Translations under genes and position numbers: made by a program
Assembly: GCF_053078305.1 (NCBI RefSeq)
Contig: NZ_CP166879.1
Direction: 5' to 3' (one strand)
Length of the DNA: 64,000 nucleotides
The notes under the pieces: model-generated
The model's database searches: none
What the model saw: only the letters and a program-made list of their open reading frames with translations
What the model was told of the DNA's origin: nothing
Part shown: piece by piece, positions 32,999 through 50,920 of the stretch
Layout: each line of letters starts with the position of its first letter
How positions within the stretch are numbered: the first letter of the stretch is position 1

Positions 32999-33619
32999 GT
33001 GCTAGACCGCCATCTTCATCCCCGGATTAAACCGTTGTTGCATCAGTGCGTGCGGGTTCTTGATAAACCGGGCATTACGCCAGATGGTTTAACATTAGTG
33101 GGATTTGCCATCGGCGTGCTGGCACTGCCGTTTCTGGCACTGGGCTGGTATCTGGCGGCGCTAATCGTCATTTTGTTGAACAGGCTGCTTGATGGTCTGG
33201 ATGGCGCACTGGCGCGGCGCAGAGGGCTTACCGACGCGGGCGGCTTTCTCGATATTTCTCTCGATTTTCTCTTTTACGCGCTGGTGCCGTTTGGTTTTAT
33301 TCTTGCTGCACCGGAGCAAAATGCGCTGGCAGGCGGCTGGCTGCTGTTTGCGTTTATCGGCACGGGTAGCAGTTTTCTAGCTTTTGCTGCGCTGGCGGCG
33401 AAACATCAGATTGATAATCCCGGTTATGCGCATAAATCGTTTTATTATCTGGGGGGATTAACCGAAGGCACAGAAACGATCTTACTGTTTGTGCTGGGAT
33501 GTTTATTCCCTGCATGGTTTGCGTGGTTTGCGTGGATCTTCGGTGCGTTGTGCTGGATGACGACCTTTACGCGGGTGTGGAGTGGGTATCTGACGCTGAA
33601 GTCGCTCCAGCGTCAGTAA
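32999..33619 (+). CDS. ynjF: CDP-alcohol phosphatidyltransferase family membrane protein YnjF (about 206 aa)
   Basis: GTG starts at 32993 and 32999 are both possible; contains DGLDGALAR, the CDP-alcohol transferase signature. Confidence 0.8.
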   Translation: MLDRHLHPRIKPLLHQCVRVLDKPGITPDGLTLVGFAIGVLALPFLALGWYLAALIVILLNRLLDGLDGALARRRGLTDAGGFLDISLDFLFYALVPFGFILAAPEQNALAGGWLLFAFIGTGSSFLAFAALAAKHQIDNPGYAHKSFYYLGGLTEGTETILLFVLGCLFPAWFAWFAWIFGALCWMTTFTRVWSGYLTLKSLQRQ

Positions 33620-33627
33620 TTGCAATG

Positions 33628-34935
33628 TTATTTGCTGCTGTCCGGGCCGCGTTCACCGGTTGCTACCGGATTTTTTGGATCGCTGCTCCATTCGTACCAG
33701 CCGCCGTCGTAAACGGAGACGTTATTCCAGCCCATTGCTCGTGCGTACATAAAGGTTTCGGACGCGCGCCAGCCGGTGCCGCAGTAGAATGAAACTTGCT
33801 GATCTGGTTTGATATTCCATGCTTTCCACATAGCGGTAATATCATCGGCGCTACGCATGGTGCCATCCGGATTATGGAAATCTTCCATATGCGTCGAGTC
33901 GCTACCAGCGTGTCCCCAACGTGCTCCGGCTATTTCACCTTTTGGTTTAATATAGCTGTAACCGCTGGTCGTACCGATAAATTCTGGCCACGAACGAATG
34001 CTCACCAGCGATGCATCCTGGCGATGCAGCAGTCCACGGGCCTGTTCCATATCGAGCATCAGTTGCGGTTGTGCCGGGATCTTCACGCCGAAATCCGGTT
34101 CCGCTTTCACTTTCGGTGGCGTTCCTCGCTCAACAGGCAGTCCCGCGTCGGACCAGGTTTGCCAGCCGCCATCCAGCAGGCGCACATCTTTCACGCCTGC
34201 ATACAGCATAATCTGCGCCACACGCGCTGCAGCGTATACGTCACGCCCGTACAGAATGACCGTGGTGTCATGGCGAATGCCGTGTTTTGCCAGCATCGCT
34301 TTTAGTTGTTCATCAGAAACTTTGTTCCACAGCGGTTCGCTTTCCACTTCGTTGGTATCGATGTAGTCAGCACCGGGAATATGGCTGATAAGGTAAAGCT
34401 TAGGAGCGCCCCAGGCCGCTTCAATGACTTTCCAGTCACCGGCAGGTTTCGCCGTAACCTCTTTACCTTGTTGCAGGTCATGCAGCCATTGCGGATAAAC
34501 CAGCTGCTCAAAATGCGGCAGTTTTTGCAGACGGGAAGGTTCGCTTAGCGCGTCACTCAGAATGGAGATATGCGTAAAACCTGCTTTTTGCAGTCGCGTT
34601 TTGACGGCGTCGACATCTTTGTCATTACCGTACAGCGCCACCGGGGCATCGGCTTTCAGGTTATGTTGCTTGATCCACTCGTTGAGCTGTTCGGTGCTCA
34701 TTTTGTCGAGCCAGTTAGCAGAGAGGTTTAAGGCGGCAGGTTCATGACCAGAAGGGCCATTTAAGGTTTGTGGCCAGCCGTTATAAAACGCGCTGGGGCG
34801 AGTATCTAGCGCTTTGCCATTTTGTTGTTGAAGCTGGTCAAGTGTAAGAGGCTTCGCCAGTTCAGCGGCCCACGAAGAAGCGCAAGCCAGCCCTAAAGCC
34901 ATTGCCAGCGCGGTCATTTGAGAAACACGTTTCAT
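33628..34935 (-). CDS. ynjE: Periplasmic three-domain rhodanese, thiosulfate sulfurtransferase YnjE (435 aa)
   Basis: Start at the ATG at 34935 (MKRVSQMTALAMALGLACASSWA signal peptide); CGTGWR rhodanese active-site motif. Confidence 0.9.
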   Translation of the reverse strand: MKRVSQMTALAMALGLACASSWAAELAKPLTLDQLQQQNGKALDTRPSAFYNGWPQTLNGPSGHEPAALNLSANWLDKMSTEQLNEWIKQHNLKADAPVALYGNDKDVDAVKTRLQKAGFTHISILSDALSEPSRLQKLPHFEQLVYPQWLHDLQQGKEVTAKPAGDWKVIEAAWGAPKLYLISHIPGADYIDTNEVESEPLWNKVSDEQLKAMLAKHGIRHDTTVILYGRDVYAAARVAQIMLYAGVKDVRLLDGGWQTWSDAGLPVERGTPPKVKAEPDFGVKIPAQPQLMLDMEQARGLLHRQDASLVSIRSWPEFIGTTSGYSYIKPKGEIAGARWGHAGSDSTHMEDFHNPDGTMRSADDITAMWKAWNIKPDQQVSFYCGTGWRASETFMYARAMGWNNVSVYDGGWYEWSSDPKNPVATGERGPDSSK

Positions 34936-35001
34936 CGAAAATCCCGACATTGTAGTTTTGAGTGCGCCATTCTGAACTGACGCATTGGGAAAAACTTTGC
35001 G

Positions 35002-35655
35002 TTATCGCAGTTTGTTGTAATTTTCTGACCACTGAGCCATATCCAGAACAGAGCTATCAGCAGGAACATCCTGGAGATCGTGCGTTACCTGAACGACGGG
35101 GATCGCCAGTTCGCGAACTTCGCTGAACACCCACTGGCGAAAATTATCGCGCAGAGCCACATCAAGACGGCTGAATGGCTCATCCAGTAGCAACGCTTTT
35201 GGCTGAGCGAGAAGGGCGCGAAGCAGAGCAACGCGCGCTCGCTGACCGCCAGACAAAGTGGCAGGATCCTGATGGAAAGCTCCGTCGAGGCCTGAACGCT
35301 CAAGTGCATCATTCACGGCATTACGTCGGGCATTCCCTTTAAGTGTCGCCGGTAGCGCCAGCAGTAAATTTTGCCCGACGCTGAACTGGTCAAATAACAG
35401 TGCATCCTGGAAAAGAATGCCAATCTGACGTTGTGCGGTGGATAGCATGTCAATCCGTTGCTCATTGAGCCATAGCTCACCTGTACAAGAAAACTGTCCA
35501 GCCAGTGCACCAATCATCCATGAAAACAGAGTGGATTTTCCACAGCCAGACGGCCCCATTAACGTGACAATGTCACCTTTATCCACCGTAAAGTTAACGT
35601 TTGTCAGCAAGCAACTTTCTGGTAAACGTAGCGAAACATTTTTCACGCAGAGCAT
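35002..35655 (-). CDS. ynjD: ABC transporter ATP-binding protein YnjD (217 aa)
   Basis: Walker A GPSGCGKST and signature LSGGQRARV; start at the ATG at 35655, overlapping the ynjC stop by 1 nt. Confidence 0.85.
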   Translation of the reverse strand: MLCVKNVSLRLPESCLLTNVNFTVDKGDIVTLMGPSGCGKSTLFSWMIGALAGQFSCTGELWLNEQRIDMLSTAQRQIGILFQDALLFDQFSVGQNLLLALPATLKGNARRNAVNDALERSGLDGAFHQDPATLSGGQRARVALLRALLAQPKALLLDEPFSRLDVALRDNFRQWVFSEVRELAIPVVQVTHDLQDVPADSSVLDMAQWSENYNKLR

Positions 35656-37190
35656 TAGCGGAGTCCTTGTCTGACATAACCTACCCATTTTGCGACTAAC
35701 GCGGTCAGGGCAAAAATAATAAGCGGTAATAGCAGTTGCCATAAAGCCTGGGCGGCGAGAATACCGTTGCTGCCGCCGCTGCTTAATGCCACCGCCTCAG
35801 TGGTGAGCGTCGGAAAACGCCCCGCGCCCAGCCACAGCGTCGGCATATACTGCGCAATACTGACTGAAAATCCCACTGCGAAGGCAATCAGCGTAGGGCG
35901 TAGCATAAGCGGACATTTCACGTAAAAGAAGATTTTGACACGCGACCAGCCCAGCGTTTGCGCAATCAAAATTAACCGTGAATCAATGCGCTGCCAGGCG
36001 GGTTGCAGGATAAACAGCATCCACGGTATTACCCACAGCAGATGCCCCCAGACCACCGCCGTCCAGCTCCCATCCAGGTTCAGCCAGAGCGCCAGCGTGT
36101 ACTGGCCCGCCACCAGCGGCAGTGCCGGTAATAAAATGGGCAACCATAACCACAACTGGCGACGCTGTGGCCCCCATTCCAGCCACAGCAGTAACAGGAG
36201 CAAAGCGATGAATGTCGCCACCAGCCCCATTGTCAGGCTGTTGAGCAGCGCCTCGTGATTGATCGTTGATTGATCCGCGAGGATCGCCAGCAGAACCACA
36301 CACAGCACACCGGTCAAGGGTAAAAAACTCGCCAGCGTAATGCCTGGCAATAAAGGCGTGGCAAGCTTGCGAACGCCATCTACGCGGGGAATAGTACGCC
36401 GCCAGCTACGCCATAGCAGATAGCCCAGCAAAACGTAGGCGGCGAGTAACAGCATCAGCAGCAGGCTGGCGAGTGCGCCTTTAATCTGTTGATCGGTATC
36501 GCCCTGGGTTAACCACTGCCAGCTAATTACCGCAAGCGTCGGTGGATTACCTGGCCCAAGAATAATCGCCACATCCACGACCGACAGCGACCAGGCAACA
36601 ATCGCCAGCATCGCCATTGCAAGTGCAGGAGCAACGGAGGGCAACAGCAGCCAGTTCAAACATTGCCAACGGCTGTAACCCAGCGAATCCAACACGATGA
36701 CCTGTTGCAAAAGCCGTTTTTCACTCAGTACCGCCGCTAAGATCCACAGCAGAAATGCGCTTTCTTTTACCGCCAGGGTGAAACCCAGACCGATGCCAAA
36801 TCGGTCCATCGGTGGGGTGAGAAAAGGAAAACAGTCATACAGCAACCCTCCGTCAGCAAAGAGCAGAAGGGTGCTGGTGGCAAAAGCCACATGGGGAATG
36901 GCGAGCAGCCACGGCAGACGGGCGCACATACGCTGCCATTTCGGCCCAGGCCACAGCGCCACAATCACCAGCAGGGCAATCAACAACGCCCCGACCGCCG
37001 CGATGGTTGTCGACACCAGCGTTGCCAGTAATGCCTGCGGTAACTGTGGATCGGCAAATAACGCCTGCCAGTGTGTCAACGACAAAGCAGGCGATATCAG
37101 CGTGAGAGCTGCCGGGATCAGCGGTGCATAAATCACCGCCACCATCGCCCACAGCAAAAAGATTAATGCGTACCGTAACGGTGTAGCCAT
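35655..37190 (-). CDS. ynjC: ABC transporter permease YnjC (511 aa, duplicated permease fold)
   Basis: Start at the ATG at 37190 (MATPLRYALIF...); polytopic membrane protein. Confidence 0.85.
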   Translation of the reverse strand: MATPLRYALIFLLWAMVAVIYAPLIPAALTLISPALSLTHWQALFADPQLPQALLATLVSTTIAAVGALLIALLVIVALWPGPKWQRMCARLPWLLAIPHVAFATSTLLLFADGGLLYDCFPFLTPPMDRFGIGLGFTLAVKESAFLLWILAAVLSEKRLLQQVIVLDSLGYSRWQCLNWLLLPSVAPALAMAMLAIVAWSLSVVDVAIILGPGNPPTLAVISWQWLTQGDTDQQIKGALASLLLMLLLAAYVLLGYLLWRSWRRTIPRVDGVRKLATPLLPGITLASFLPLTGVLCVVLLAILADQSTINHEALLNSLTMGLVATFIALLLLLLWLEWGPQRRQLWLWLPILLPALPLVAGQYTLALWLNLDGSWTAVVWGHLLWVIPWMLFILQPAWQRIDSRLILIAQTLGWSRVKIFFYVKCPLMLRPTLIAFAVGFSVSIAQYMPTLWLGAGRFPTLTTEAVALSSGGSNGILAAQALWQLLLPLIIFALTALVAKWVGYVRQGLR

Positions 37191-38329
37191 TCTTGTTCCA
37201 GCGCATTTACCCATCCTGCGTGCGGTTCAGCCAGTACCGGCGGCAGATCTTGCGGCATTCTTGATTGCAATGTTTCGCGCTGCCCATCAGGCAGTTTTTG
37301 CGGATCGAGAACAGAAGGATCGCCCCAGACAGCGGGATCTGCTTTACGCAATTGCGCATCGGGTGAGAGCAAGAAATTGGCAACTACCTTCGCCGCAGCA
37401 CTGGCATTCGCGTTGGCAGGAATGGTGACGAAATGCACGTTGCCAATCATCCCCTCGCGAAAGCCAAAACTGTAACTGCTTGCAGGCAAATCGCCGCTAG
37501 CGATTTTTTGCTGCGCATGCGCGGGGTTAAAGGTCAGCGACAGGCGCAATGTGCCGGATTTCAGCAGAGCATCCATCCGCGCGGGCGAAGGCGGGAAATC
37601 CTTTCCTTCGCGCCACAAATACGGATGCAGCGCATCAAGATATTGCCACAAGGGAGCAGTGACACGGGCGAAAGTCGCATCGTCCGGCGCTTCTTTTAAT
37701 GCGGCGGGATCGGGCGTCAGCATAATCAGCAACTGTTCAAGAAACGCCGTGCCGGTAAAGTCCGGTGGGCGCGGATAGGTAACCGTGCCGGGATTGGCTT
37801 TAGCAAACTCCAGTAAGGCTTGCGGCGTTTGTGGTGGCTGTGGCGTAACATCGCGGCGGGCGATAAATGTCAGTTGTGCGCCCCCCCAGGGCGATTCAGC
37901 CCCTTCTGTAGGCACTGAAAAATCTTCCCGCACCGGCAGCTGTGTGTCGACATAGCGCCAGTTGGGCAGAGTCTCTGCCCAGTCGGTTTGCAGTAAATTG
38001 GCCTCTTTTAAGGTGCGGAAGTTTTCGCCGTTCACCCAGAGCAGATCCACCGAGCCGCCCGTTTTACGTCCGGCTGCGGCTTCGGTCTGAATGCGCTTCA
38101 CCGCGTCTGCGGCATCCGCCAGACGGACAATCTTCAGGTTTATAGCGTAATGGGTTTTCATCTCGCCGCTCACCCAGTCGAGATAGCGGTTAATTGCGGT
38201 ATCGCCGCCCCAGGCGTTAAACCAGACAGTTTGCCCTTTGGCCTCATTTTTAATTTCTTGCCAGTCACTGGCATGTGTTGCCAGAGAAAACAGCGATAAC
38301 AATCCCAGCAACCACCCACAATGGCGCAT
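37163..38329 (-). CDS. ynjB: ABC transporter periplasmic substrate-binding protein YnjB (388 aa)
   Basis: Start at the ATG at 38329, with an AAGGAG Shine-Dalgarno 5 nt upstream; signal peptide MRHCGWLLGLLSLFSLATHA. Confidence 0.85.
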   Translation of the reverse strand: MRHCGWLLGLLSLFSLATHASDWQEIKNEAKGQTVWFNAWGGDTAINRYLDWVSGEMKTHYAINLKIVRLADAADAVKRIQTEAAAGRKTGGSVDLLWVNGENFRTLKEANLLQTDWAETLPNWRYVDTQLPVREDFSVPTEGAESPWGGAQLTFIARRDVTPQPPQTPQALLEFAKANPGTVTYPRPPDFTGTAFLEQLLIMLTPDPAALKEAPDDATFARVTAPLWQYLDALHPYLWREGKDFPPSPARMDALLKSGTLRLSLTFNPAHAQQKIASGDLPASSYSFGFREGMIGNVHFVTIPANANASAAAKVVANFLLSPDAQLRKADPAVWGDPSVLDPQKLPDGQRETLQSRMPQDLPPVLAEPHAGWVNALEQEWLHRYGTH

Positions 38330-38338
38330 CATCTCTCC

Positions 38339-38887
38339 TTAAGAACGTTTTTCCGGAATACGGCACAGCCCCTGAGCGGGAATGTCCATGGCAGAATTAA
38401 AACGGGCTGACAGATTTTGCAAGCCGATCAATGCCGTCAGTTCGGTGAGCGCCTGAGCGTCAAAATGCGTAGCCAGTCGGGTGCGCAGGGCATCATCGAC
38501 CGTAGGCGGTGTGACGCTTGCGGCTTCGGCGTACTCCAGCGCCAGCCGTTCTTCATCGCTGAAGAGCGGGCTTTGCCGCCAGTCAGCCACTGCCAGCAGT
38601 TTATCGCTGCTGCCGGTGCGCTCGGCGACTTTCATACTGGTGATATCCACGCAAAACTCACACAGGCACATTTGCGCAATGCGCGCGCTGACAAGCGATC
38701 GTACTACCGGATCGAGCGGTGAGCGTTTGCGCTCCAGCCAGCCAACAAACATCGACACCAGATAAAAGATAAACGGGATCCGCCCCCACCAGCGAATGGG
38801 GCTTAGCACCTCGCCGTAATGGCGACGATGCAGCCACGCCTGCGGACGTAAAATGAAAGGAATTTTGCTAAGCGGCGGTAAACCCAT
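38339..38887 (-). CDS. ynjA: Carboxymuconolactone decarboxylase / AhpD-like family protein YnjA (182 aa)
   Basis: 182-aa ORF, recognised as YnjA. Confidence 0.85.
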   Translation of the reverse strand: MGLPPLSKIPFILRPQAWLHRRHYGEVLSPIRWWGRIPFIFYLVSMFVGWLERKRSPLDPVVRSLVSARIAQMCLCEFCVDITSMKVAERTGSSDKLLAVADWRQSPLFSDEERLALEYAEAASVTPPTVDDALRTRLATHFDAQALTELTALIGLQNLSARFNSAMDIPAQGLCRIPEKRS

Positions 38888-39594
38888 CAGGCATTCCTCT
38901 TCTGGCGCTCAAGCCATATTTTCTTCGCCATAAAAATCACCACGGTCAGGGCAAACAGAATAAACAGTCCGGTGACAAACCAGAAGGTACCGCCTGTTAA
39001 CATGCTGCCCGCCCAGGAATAAACAATAGTCGCCGGTAACTGACCAAGCCCGGTGGCGATAAAAAACGAGCGAAAACGGATTGAAGTCAAACCGGCAGCA
39101 TAGCTGATTGGATCGAAAGGGACAAAAGGCAATAACCGACAGACCAGGATAGTGTGATTGCCGTAGCGAGTGAAAAAGCCGTCCATACTGTCAAGTACGG
39201 TTTTGCCGGTTAATTTTTCCACCACTTCGCGGCCCATCACTCTGGCGATAAAAAAGCACAGCGCCGCGCCGGCCATCGAACTGGTCCACGACAGCAAGCC
39301 GCCCCAGAACGCGCCAAACAGCGACGCATTGGCAAAGGTGATCAAAAACGCAGGTAGCGGTGCAGCAATGGCCTGTAAAATCATCAACAAGAACGAGACA
39401 ACTGCCGCCAGTGCGCCGTAAGACTGAATAAAGCGTTCTATACCCTGTTGGTCCACGGCGGCAAACGCCGCAACGCTGCGATTGATAAACTCATGGACGC
39501 CGGGAAGCAGCGCCCATGCCAGCAGCATAGCGAACAACAGGATGATGAGGGTTATACGGTAGTACCAGATTTTACGCGATTGCATCTTCATCAT
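38887..39594 (-). CDS. ydjZ: DedA/TVP38-family inner-membrane protein YdjZ (235 aa)
   Basis: 235-aa polytopic membrane ORF, recognised as YdjZ. Confidence 0.85.
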   Translation of the reverse strand: MMKMQSRKIWYYRITLIILLFAMLLAWALLPGVHEFINRSVAAFAAVDQQGIERFIQSYGALAAVVSFLLMILQAIAAPLPAFLITFANASLFGAFWGGLLSWTSSMAGAALCFFIARVMGREVVEKLTGKTVLDSMDGFFTRYGNHTILVCRLLPFVPFDPISYAAGLTSIRFRSFFIATGLGQLPATIVYSWAGSMLTGGTFWFVTGLFILFALTVVIFMAKKIWLERQKRNA

Positions 39595-39608
39595 CCTTTA
39601 TCCTGGCT

Positions 39609-40286
39609 TTATTCGGTGATTTTAAAGGTAACCGTTGCCAGCGTGTTATCCGCCGGGAGAACCGAGGCATTGCCTTTGAATTTAACTTCACCTCGTTTTT
39701 CAACCGCACCATAAGTGTATGTTGCATTGCTGACGATGCCGACCGGGCAGCTATCCAGACACACCAGGCAACCCGTTTTCTTCTCTTCTGCTGCCGTTAA
39801 ATTACCGCCAAAGCGCATGTCCAGTTTCTTGCCATTACTGTCAACAATCACTTCATCGAAGGAATACGTTTTTGCCGCCCCTTGCCAGTTGACCGAAATA
39901 TCCAGTTTGCTGCCCGTGACATGAGTCGTTTCTTTATTATCCATCGTCATGTTTTCGCCCGGCGTACCACCTGCCTCTTTCAGGGCTTCATAAAATGCTT
40001 TCGGGGTCGCATAACCCATAAACAGCGATTTATGTCCGTTGGAGCCATCTTTAAACACAATACCGTGACGAGTGTCGTCGGTGAGGAAACGACCATTAAT
40101 TTGCACCAGCATGGTTACCGTATGGTTATTGGCATCGACGCGCAGCGGTTGGCTGTTCGAAAGTCCGTCGTATTCCACTTTTGCCGCCGCATTCTCTTTT
40201 TGATCACAGCCGCTAAGCCCAGCAACAGCCAGTAAGCAGAGTGCAGTCAGTCCTTTTTTCCATGACACTGAATAATGTTGCAACAT
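39609..40286 (-). CDS. ydjY: Lipoprotein-like Cys-rich protein YdjY (225 aa)
   Basis: Start at the ATG at 40286 (MLQHYSVSWKKGLTALCLLAVAGLSGC, lipobox-like); CLVCLDSCPVG Cys cluster. Confidence 0.8.
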   Translation of the reverse strand: MLQHYSVSWKKGLTALCLLAVAGLSGCDQKENAAAKVEYDGLSNSQPLRVDANNHTVTMLVQINGRFLTDDTRHGIVFKDGSNGHKSLFMGYATPKAFYEALKEAGGTPGENMTMDNKETTHVTGSKLDISVNWQGAAKTYSFDEVIVDSNGKKLDMRFGGNLTAAEEKKTGCLVCLDSCPVGIVSNATYTYGAVEKRGEVKFKGNASVLPADNTLATVTFKITE

Positions 40287-40290
40287 CGTT

Positions 40291-41001
40291 CTATCCTTCA
40301 TTTTTTGGGTGAGTAAGTGGGTTGCGGCGCGAAGCAGACAGATCCACATGTTTGTGTCGGGCGTAGAGTTTGGCGAGCTGGACGAGAATAAACAGCGCCA
40401 GGCCCGCCAGACAGAGTTGTAAAATAAAGCGCAGCGTAATGCCTTCATTGGCGAGATCGCTCGCCATCACGGTATAAATAACAATACCGGGCAGGGTCGT
40501 GAGTGCCGAAATAAGGGTATAAGGCCAGAAGGCGATTGTGGTTAATCCGTAAGCGTAATTTTGAATATTGTAAGGAAACAACGGGATTAAGCGGGTCAGA
40601 ATAAGAAAATCAATACCGTTACGCGCAATGCCTTTTTCAATGGCCTGGAAGGTATGGCTATGGCCAACGTATTTCAGCAGTAAATCACGTCCCAGCCAGC
40701 GCGCCAGCAGGAATGAGCACGAGGAGGCCAGCGTGGCGGCAATTAATGAGAGTAGTGTCCCTAAGAGCGGGCCAAAAACTATTCCTCCCGCGATCACCAG
40801 TATGCTTCCTGGTAACAGAAAGAGGGTGGCAATGATGAATAACAGAATATAGAGGCTATAACCGAACAATCCGCTCTGGCGGATGAGTGTCTGTAAGTGG
40901 GATAAATCGGTGAGCAGATCGAATAAACCGAAAGCGTGGATAGCGTAAATGGCCAGCGCAAAAATAAGACAGGCAAAAAGAAATTTACGCTCAGCGTTCA
41001 T
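40291..41001 (-). CDS. ydjX: TVP38/TMEM64 (DedA-related) inner-membrane protein YdjX (236 aa)
   Basis: Start at the ATG at 41001 (MNAERKFLFACLIFALAIYA...). Confidence 0.85.
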   Translation of the reverse strand: MNAERKFLFACLIFALAIYAIHAFGLFDLLTDLSHLQTLIRQSGLFGYSLYILLFIIATLFLLPGSILVIAGGIVFGPLLGTLLSLIAATLASSCSFLLARWLGRDLLLKYVGHSHTFQAIEKGIARNGIDFLILTRLIPLFPYNIQNYAYGLTTIAFWPYTLISALTTLPGIVIYTVMASDLANEGITLRFILQLCLAGLALFILVQLAKLYARHKHVDLSASRRNPLTHPKNEG

Positions 41002-41167
41002 CGTGGAGTTTCCTATATCAAACTTGATAATAGAGAAGTGGTCAGACAACTAAAAACGCAGTGACGGTATAACAAAGGACGGCAGGCAACAAATCATTAC
41101 TGACAGTTTGTTGATTTTTCTCAAGGTTAATTCTCCTGACCCAGTTTGAGCCAGGAGAGCTGCTAAA

Positions 41168-41974
41168 TTAGCGGCGGAAGGTCGCCCAGACGGGGGCGTG
41201 ATCGGACGGTTTTTCCATGCTGCGGATTTCATAGTCGATGCCGGTTTCTACGCAACATTCTGCCAGCGGTTGGCTGGCGAGCAGCAGGTCGATGCGCAGA
41301 CCACGGTTATCGTCAAAACCTTTTGAGCGGTAATCAAACCATGAGAAACGATCTGCTGTTTGCGGATTCGCATGGCGGAAGGTATCAACCAATCCCCAGC
41401 TCATCAGTCTCTCCATCCATTCGCGTTCCTCCGGAAGGAAAGAACATTTTCCGGTACGCAGCCAGCGCTTACGGTTCTCTTCGCCAATGCCAATATCCAG
41501 GTCGCCAGGACTGATATTCATATCGCCCATAATCAGCACCGGATTTTCACGCTTGAGTTCGGTTTCCAGGTAGTTTTGCAGGTTCTGATAAAACTGCGCT
41601 TTTGCCGGGAATTTTATCGGATGGTCGCGGCTTTCACCCTGCGGGAAGTAACCGTTGATCACGGTGACATTACCCAGCGGTGAGGGGATTTCCGCCATAA
41701 TAATCCGCCGCTGCGCCTCTTCGTCGTCACCGGGAAAGCCGCGACGCACGGCAATCGGCGTCTCTTTGGTCAGCAGCGCCACGCCATAATGGCCTTTCTG
41801 CCCGTGATAAAACACGTTGTAGCCGAGCTTCGCCACCTCTTCGAGCGGAAACATATCGTCATGAACTTTTGTCTCCTGCAGGCCAATCACATCCGGTTGG
41901 TGCTTTTCGACGATGGCTTCAAGCTGGTGAGGTCTGGCGCGCAGGCCGTTGATATTAAAAGAGACAAATTTCAT
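41168..41974 (-). CDS. xthA: Exodeoxyribonuclease III (268 aa)
   Basis: Start at the ATG at 41974 ([21 protein letters not shown]...). Confidence 0.95.
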   Translation of the reverse strand: MKFVSFNINGLRARPHQLEAIVEKHQPDVIGLQETKVHDDMFPLEEVAKLGYNVFYHGQKGHYGVALLTKETPIAVRRGFPGDDEEAQRRIIMAEIPSPLGNVTVINGYFPQGESRDHPIKFPAKAQFYQNLQNYLETELKRENPVLIMGDMNISPGDLDIGIGEENRKRWLRTGKCSFLPEEREWMERLMSWGLVDTFRHANPQTADRFSWFDYRSKGFDDNRGLRIDLLLASQPLAECCVETGIDYEIRSMEKPSDHAPVWATFRR

Positions 41975-42214
41975 AGTCGCTGCCATTTATTCAGATAAAG
42001 AGTGCGTGGATGGTAGCAGAATTTCGCTTTGCTTACCGCCTGTTGTTAAGTGATTTGATCGATGGTTGTTAATGATGTCAACGATGGAGCAAAAAATGCC
42101 CGCTGTTGGTGCGCGCTGCGTCAGAATGGCGCAGTAATTTCCAGTAAATTTCGTCAATGATCACAATTCCAGAATTATATTTTACTTCTGCATAACATTG
42201 CGTTTTTTATTCTT

Positions 42215-42290
42215 TTTATTCACCCACATCGCAAACGTATTCACTTAATATGCACTTTAAATGCATATGGTTTGGTTATAACTCCTTGAT
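42215..42290 (+). promoter_or_regulatory. AT-rich upstream activator region of astC with ARG-box-like and NtrC-like palindromic motifs
   Basis: Motifs cgtATTCActtaatATGCActttaaaTGCATat lie upstream of the sigma-54 promoter. Assignment rests on established ast-operon regulation; exact site boundaries are not resolved. Confidence 0.35.
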
Positions 42291-42331
42291 TTCCAATTAG
42301 CCTCCGCCGTTTATGCACTTTTATCACTGGC

Positions 42332-42347
42332 TGGCACGAACCCTGCA
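42332..42347 (+). promoter_or_regulatory. Sigma-54 (-24/-12) promoter of the ast operon
   Basis: TGGCAC-N5-CTGCA at 42332..42347, about 73 nt upstream of the astC ATG; matches the GG-N10-GC spacing of the sigma-54 consensus. Confidence 0.6.
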
Positions 42348-42383
42348 ATCTACATTTACAGCGAAAACATTACTTATTATTAA

Positions 42384-48447
<6,064 letters not shown>

Positions 48448-48776
48448 TACTTACCCGCAGAAATCATTCTGCGGGTATTAAGTTGCTTTCTTATAAATTA
48501 ATACAGATTAATCCTGGTTATTTGCTTTATTTATCACCAGTCATCCGGTATAGTTCTTCATAATCTCTGCAAAATCATCGTGTTGTAATATTCGCTCATC
48601 ACTCTCCATCAAATTTTCTTTTTTTCTCCATAATTGGCGCAAAAGTGTTTTTTACACTTTCATTGTTTTACCGTTGCTCTGATTAATTGACGCTAAAGTC
48701 AGTAAAGTTAATCTCGTCAACACGGCACGCTACTTAAGAAAGCCGTAATAAATAACTGAAAGGAAGGATATAGAAT

Positions 48777-49262
48777 ATGCGTAAATTAACTGCACTGTTT
48801 GTTGCCTCTACCCTGGCTCTTGGCGCGGCTAACCTGGCCCATGCCGCAGACACCACTACCGCAGCACCGGCTGACGCGAAGCCGATGATGCACCACAAAG
48901 GCAAGTTCGGTCCGCATCAGGACATGATGTTCAAAGACCTGAACCTGACCGACGCGCAGAAACAGCAGATCCGCGAAATCATGAAAGGCCAGCGTGACCA
49001 GATGAAACGTCCGCCGCTGGAAGAACGCCGCGCAATGCATGACATCATTGCCAGCGATACCTTCGATAAAGCAAAAGCTGAAGCGCAGATCGCAAAAATG
49101 GAAGAACAGCGCAAAGCTAACATGCTGGCGCACATGGAAACCCAGAACAAAATTTACAACATCCTGACGCCGGAACAGAAAAAGCAATTTAATGCTAATT
49201 TTGAGAAGCGTCTGACAGAACGTCCAGCGGCAAAAGGTAAAATGCCTGCAACTGCTGAATAA
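48777..49262 (+). CDS. spy: Periplasmic ATP-independent chaperone Spy (161 aa)
   Basis: Signal peptide followed by a charged, helix-rich repeat sequence, recognised as Spy. Confidence 0.95.
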   Translation: MRKLTALFVASTLALGAANLAHAADTTTAAPADAKPMMHHKGKFGPHQDMMFKDLNLTDAQKQQIREIMKGQRDQMKRPPLEERRAMHDIIASDTFDKAKAEAQIAKMEEQRKANMLAHMETQNKIYNILTPEQKKQFNANFEKRLTERPAAKGKMPATAE

Positions 49263-49281
49263 TCTTTCAGCCAAAAAACTT

Positions 49282-49345
49282 AAGACCGCCGGTCTTGTCC
49301 ACTACCTTGCAGTAATGCGGTGGACAGGATCGGCGGTTTTCTTTT
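49282..49345 (+). terminator. Rho-independent terminator downstream of spy
   Basis: Long imperfect inverted repeat (aagaccgccggtcttgtccac ... gtggacaggatcggcggt) followed by ttttcttttc. Confidence 0.6.
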
Positions 49346-49386
49346 CTCTTCTCAAACAGTTGTAAAAAAAGCCTGATCACCACTAA

Positions 49387-50887
<1,501 letters not shown>

Positions 50888-50900
50888 TGTTGACTCCGAA

Positions 50901-50920
50901 TGCTGGTTATCTATCCAGTG
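50901..50920 (-). promoter_or_regulatory. Candidate non-canonical LexA (SOS) box upstream of cho
   Basis: CTGG-N8-CCAG palindrome (ctggatagataaccag on the cho strand), 15-35 nt upstream of the cho start. Resembles, but deviates from, the CTGT-N8-ACAG consensus. Confidence 0.4.
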
